A DNA stretch of 64,000 nucleotides from the human T2T-CHM13v2.0 reference genome, Homo sapiens. This document shows, piece by piece, positions 58,395 through 64,000 of the stretch; positions within the stretch are counted from its first letter, which is position 1, and every line of letters begins with the position of its first letter. The notes below the pieces were generated by a model. It saw only the letters and a program-made list of their open reading frames with translations. It ran no database searches and was not told the origin of the DNA. The stretch lies in NCBI RefSeq assembly GCF_009914755.1, contig NC_060944.1. One strand, written 5' to 3'. A program made the translations under genes and the position numbers.

Positions 58395-58785
58395 GGAATA
58401 CAGCGCCTCAAAGGGCATCTGATGCCCTGTCCCCGTCGCTAGGCTCTGGTTCCCACTCCCTTTATCTCCTTAACTCCCAAAATGTGGACCGTGACTCTCC
58501 CCAGGGTGGACTGGAGCTCTGAGCTCAGTTTGCCTCACAGTCTATCCCACTCCTGCTCTAGGACTTTTTCTCTCTCATTTCCAGGCCACTCCCTCAAACG
58601 GCTTGCTTTACTTGCTTGGTGGGTGGGGGCCTGCCCTCGGGTTTCATTTCACCCGGGAGGAGGTCGCAGCGCCCCCAAGTGGTCGCAGTGTCCTTAGTCG
58701 GGGTCGGGGGGTGCGGCAGGTCGGGCTGGTCCTTAGGGGTAGGACGGGGACAGGGCATCAGATGCCCTTTGAGGCGCTATATTCC
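58395..58785. repeat. 43-bp inverted repeat (arms 58395-58437 and 58743-58785, 1 mismatch, 305-bp spacer)
   Basis: GGAATACAGCGCCTCAAAGGGCATCTGATGCCCTGTCCCCGTC versus the reverse complement of GACGGGGACAGGGCATCAGATGCCCTTTGAGGCGCTATATTCC. Confidence 0.96.
58631..58674 (+). repeat. 44-bp perfect direct repeat, copy 2
   Basis: Identical to 57743-57786. Confidence 0.97.
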
Positions 58786-58832
58786 CAGGCGCTGTTCCCT
58801 CTGCCTGGGAAGGCTTTCCCTGCTTTTCCTAG

Positions 58833-60228
<1,396 letters not shown>

Positions 60229-60584
60229 GGCACTGTGTGATCTGACCCAGCCTCTTCTTTCAGTTCCCCAGTTCTGCTCTGCTCTCTTTCTACGAGGCTT
60301 TCACACATGGTATTCCCTCTCCCTGGAACCACTTCCCCTCAGTCCCGTGCCTACAACACACCACCATGGCCTTCATCTGGTCAACATCTCAATCTTAGGT
60401 GTCATTCAGATGTCCTTTCCTCTGTGAAGCCTTTCTTGTTTCCTCTGGGCTGGCTGAGCACCCTGGGCTCCCCCTGCCATTAACATTTGATTTCATATCT
60501 TCCAGGCCCATCCATTGTATCCTCAATACCTAGCACATGCCTGGCTGTTATTAGCCCCTCATAGAAGAGATCTATGAAGTATCA

Positions 60585-61365
<781 letters not shown>

Positions 61366-61744
61366 GGAATAATTAATTACGCTTCAATAGACAATTGACA
61401 CACACCTAAAAGTGTCTTTTTTTTTTTCATAAAATTGTTAAAGTCTTTTGTAGAAAAGTTCAATTCTATTTTTCTTCTTTTTGAAGACTGCATTTGTTTC
61501 TCAGTGGTCATATCACACTGTGTGGGAGACGCTGAAGTATCAGCAGGCAGCAGCCAGAACACCTGGTGGCCCCTCCCAAGTGACTCCAAACCAGCCAGCT
61601 GGCTGTGGCCTCCCTGGGCTCCCCACTTCCCAGGCAGCTGGGAGTGGGGAAAAGTTAGGTTTCAGATCCGCTGGGGCCCCCACCCACCTCATTAGAAAAA
61701 TCAGAGAGGAGGCCAAGTCCACAGCAGCTGTTCATATGACATAC

Positions 61745-61750
61745 TTTATT
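61745..61750 (-). terminator. Polyadenylation signal AATAAA of the upstream minus-strand gene (probably SOGA1/MTCL2)
   Basis: tttatt on + strand; three UGUA (CFIm-type) motifs lie within ~50 nt upstream on the - strand (TGTACA, TGTAAA, TGTAGA). Confidence 0.75.
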
Positions 61751-62598
61751 TCCAATCTACAACCATTAAAAACGCTTTATAAGTTTACACTGTACAGTTA
61801 TTCTCATGTCTGAAATAAGACACAGGGGCAGGGAGAGCTGGTGGATTGGACTGCAGTTGTCCTAGCACCCGATCCATCCTAGGAAGGAGCCTTTTGAAGA
61901 CAGAAGTGGAAAGGAGAGAATAGTGGACAAGAGAGGTGGACAGTTGGCCCAAGGATGCCCTTGGTCCCTTCCCTCCCATGGGCCTTGCCCTGGGGGTCCC
62001 CCAGGGCCCATGACTGCAGGACCCTCACCAGGAAACCAGGCTGAGTGGGAAGGGGGTTCACAGTATTGGCGGGGGCTGGGGAGGGGCCAGGATGAGGAGG
62101 AAGGGCAGCTTCTGGCTCTCTTCCCAGCTGCTGGGGGTTGGAGCTGTTTTTTGGCACTGTCTACAAGGTATCCCTGGGGTTGGGAGGAGGAGGAACTGGG
62201 GATTTAGGATGCTTTCTTTGTGGAGTTAAGATTTCTTTCAGTTTGAAGAGGCGCTATCTGGCCTATGGTGAGGTTCCCAAGGGAGAAACAGTCAGGGTCT
62301 TCTGCCTCCTGCCTCCCCAGGACTCCCACCCCCTCCCTGGCTGGCACCATCCACACAGCCTTTTGTAAAACCAAGACAAGTGAGAGAGGTGAGCAGGAGC
62401 AGGGAAACAAACAATGTGTGCTTTCTCCAGGCCCTTCAACTTCTCTTCCTCTTCCAAGAGGAGCGACTATAGGGTTGGTTTTTGTTGGTGGTGGTTCCCA
62501 ATCTCAGGAGTCCAGATAAGGCTGGTGTTTTCCACCTGTTCTTGGCCTAGCCAGTCCCAGTCCCTCCCCAGGCTCTACTAATGGCTAGCCCAGATCAG

Positions 62599-62774
62599 CA
62601 GTTGGCATATTCTTATGCGTCAGAATCATTTGGAGGGCTCCTTAAAACCCCAGCTTGTAGGGCCCCACTCCACAAGCTCTAATTCAGTGGGTCTTGGGTG
62701 GGGCTGCTAATCTGCACTTCTATCAAGTTCCCAGGTGATATTCCTGCTGCTGGAATGCAATACAAGAACCACTG
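62599..62774. mobile_element. MER5A-like MITE inside the putative SOGA1 3' UTR
   Basis: TCAGAATCA...TTCTATCAAGTTCCCAGGTGAT...GCTGCTGG...AGAACCACTG. Confidence 0.7.
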
Positions 62775-64000
62775 GCTGAGAATGGTGCCCGCAGTCACCT
62801 CATTCTGAGCAGCCTGGTGTCTCCTGGGCAGCACTAAGGAGCTGGGCCACAGCTGGCAAAGCCCAGCCTTGGGGCACCACATCACCTGGGAAGCTGCTGG
62901 AAATGGTCTTGGGGTGAGTCCCCCGTGCAGAGAAGTAAACTAAGGCACAGAGATCAGTGGCAGAGCTGAGAGAGGAGCCAGGATACCAGGGCCCAGTAGA
63001 GAAAGGATGGGGCTGCAGGACCCTACAGCATGAGGGGTGCTCTAGGGACCACAGGGCCATCCTGGTGCTCATCACAGGATCACAAGACTGGGAAGGTAGG
63101 AGAAGTGAAGACATCTGCCCAGACCTGGGCCAGGTTTCCAGATTGCCAGCTGAGGTCCCTCTTCTTGGGAATGGTTTGAGTGGCTTCCAAATAAAGAGTG
63201 ACAAGGCAGCCAGCCCTGACTGCCTCAGCCCTTCAAAGATGTTTAGAGAAAACCAAAGGTCCCTTCCTCAGGGCATGGTGTCCAGAAAGCTGGTGAAGGG
63301 CAGGAAGGGAGGGGAGCAGGGCCGTTGGGATAGACAAGCAGCAGAGGAGGCTCCAAGGAGGGTGAGGAAGGAGTGGCAGGGCTGGCATTGGAGAGAAGCC
63401 CTGAGCAGGAGACTTGGGCCCAGCATCATGTCCTCAGTCCCCTCAGGACTTGGGTCTGTATATTTTGCAAACTGCAAATGCTGTTGGGTTGGGAGGGGTA
63501 AGGCATAGAGTTGGGGTGAATTGTAGATTCTGCCAGGACAAGCAGCTCTGAGAGTGGTGAGGTCCAGAGGAGAATGGAGAGGATGGTTGGATACTGAATG
63601 GACAAAGAGATGGATCAATGACCAGAGACAGGGAGAGAAGAACCTGTCAGGCAGCACCTGCTTTACAGTCAAGGCCATCTGGGCCTGGGCAGGGCAGGGG
63701 AGGAAAAAGGAGGGATCCAAGCCCCCCCCACCCACCACCACACACACGCCCATTGCAAAGTGCTGGGGCTGCTGCTGGCAGGCTGCTTACAGAGAAGACA
63801 GTGTGGCTTAAGGGTGGCACCGGGGGGTTGCTGGGGCAGGGTGAGCCCAGTGAGAAGGGCTGGCAGGGCTGGTGCCTCCTGATGCATTGGAGGAAGAGGC
63901 TTTTTTTTGTGTGTGTGAGAAAACACAAAATAAATAAACACAGAACCAGGACACCACCACATTTGAGAGCAAATATCAGAGTTGGGAAACCACAGACGCG

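Larger units (their letters stand above)
57700..58800. promoter_or_regulatory. CpG island / DSN1 promoter
   Basis: High CpG density; NRF1 palindrome GCGCATGCGC 58095-58104; E2F-like TTGGCGGGAG (-) 58079-58088; CRE half-sites TACGTCA 58054-58060 and CACGTCA ~58256-58262. Confidence 0.88.
61727..64000 (-). other. SOGA1: Terminal part of a long 3' UTR, probably SOGA1/MTCL2
   Basis: Alu-free unique sequence ending at a canonical AATAAA with UGUA elements. The gene name rests on my recall of the NDRG3-DSN1-SOGA1 order; no SOGA1 coding sequence is in the window. Confidence 0.65.

Noticed and set aside
57743-58785. Repeats with palindromic cores resembling a CRISPR array or prokaryotic invertible switch
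   Set aside because: Only two copies, no regular spacers, no cas or recombinase gene, and the context is a mammalian CpG island. Reported instead as local duplications.
62957-63753. 183-aa (+) and 161-aa (-) ORFs near the right end
   Set aside because: GC-rich putative 3' UTR; no recognisable domain, splice structure or convincing start context.
63929-63938. Overlapping AATAAA hexamers on the + strand
   Set aside because: No + strand gene is evident; on the - strand this is simply a U-rich UTR tract.

Overview
Human-type (primate), Alu-dense genomic DNA with three co-directional minus-strand genes. I recognise them as the 20q11.23 cluster SOGA1(MTCL2) -> DSN1 -> NDRG3. The window holds: (1) the 5' end of NDRG3, with a CpG-island non-coding exon 1 carrying a (GCG)12(GCA)3 repeat and coding exon 2 (MDELQDVQLTEIKPLLNDK); (2) the complete DSN1 gene, a MIS12-complex kinetochore subunit, whose 10 coding exons I joined by hand into an intact 1071-nt CDS (356 aa), all with GT-AG boundaries; (3) a candidate poly(A) site and terminal 3' UTR of SOGA1/MTCL2, named from recalled gene order only. 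The rest is mostly Alu, plus MaLR/ERVL LTRs, MER5/MER20/Tigger4 DNA-transposon relics, and MIR/L2/L1 fragments. Almost all listed ORFs are Alu-derived or GC-rich noise. I see no new gene system. The most notable unexplained structures are: a mosaic duplication around the DSN1 promoter (44-bp perfect direct repeat with an ISRE-like core, a 43-bp inverted repeat, and a CTCF-like motif); an inverted pair of composite AACTAC-N4-AAGATGG motifs plus a possible poly-Ala uORF at the NDRG3 promoter; a (UG)18-adjacent candidate poison exon next to the skippable DSN1 exon 3; and several template-switch and fold-back scars in Alus. Repeat subfamily names and boundaries are by eye and approximate.
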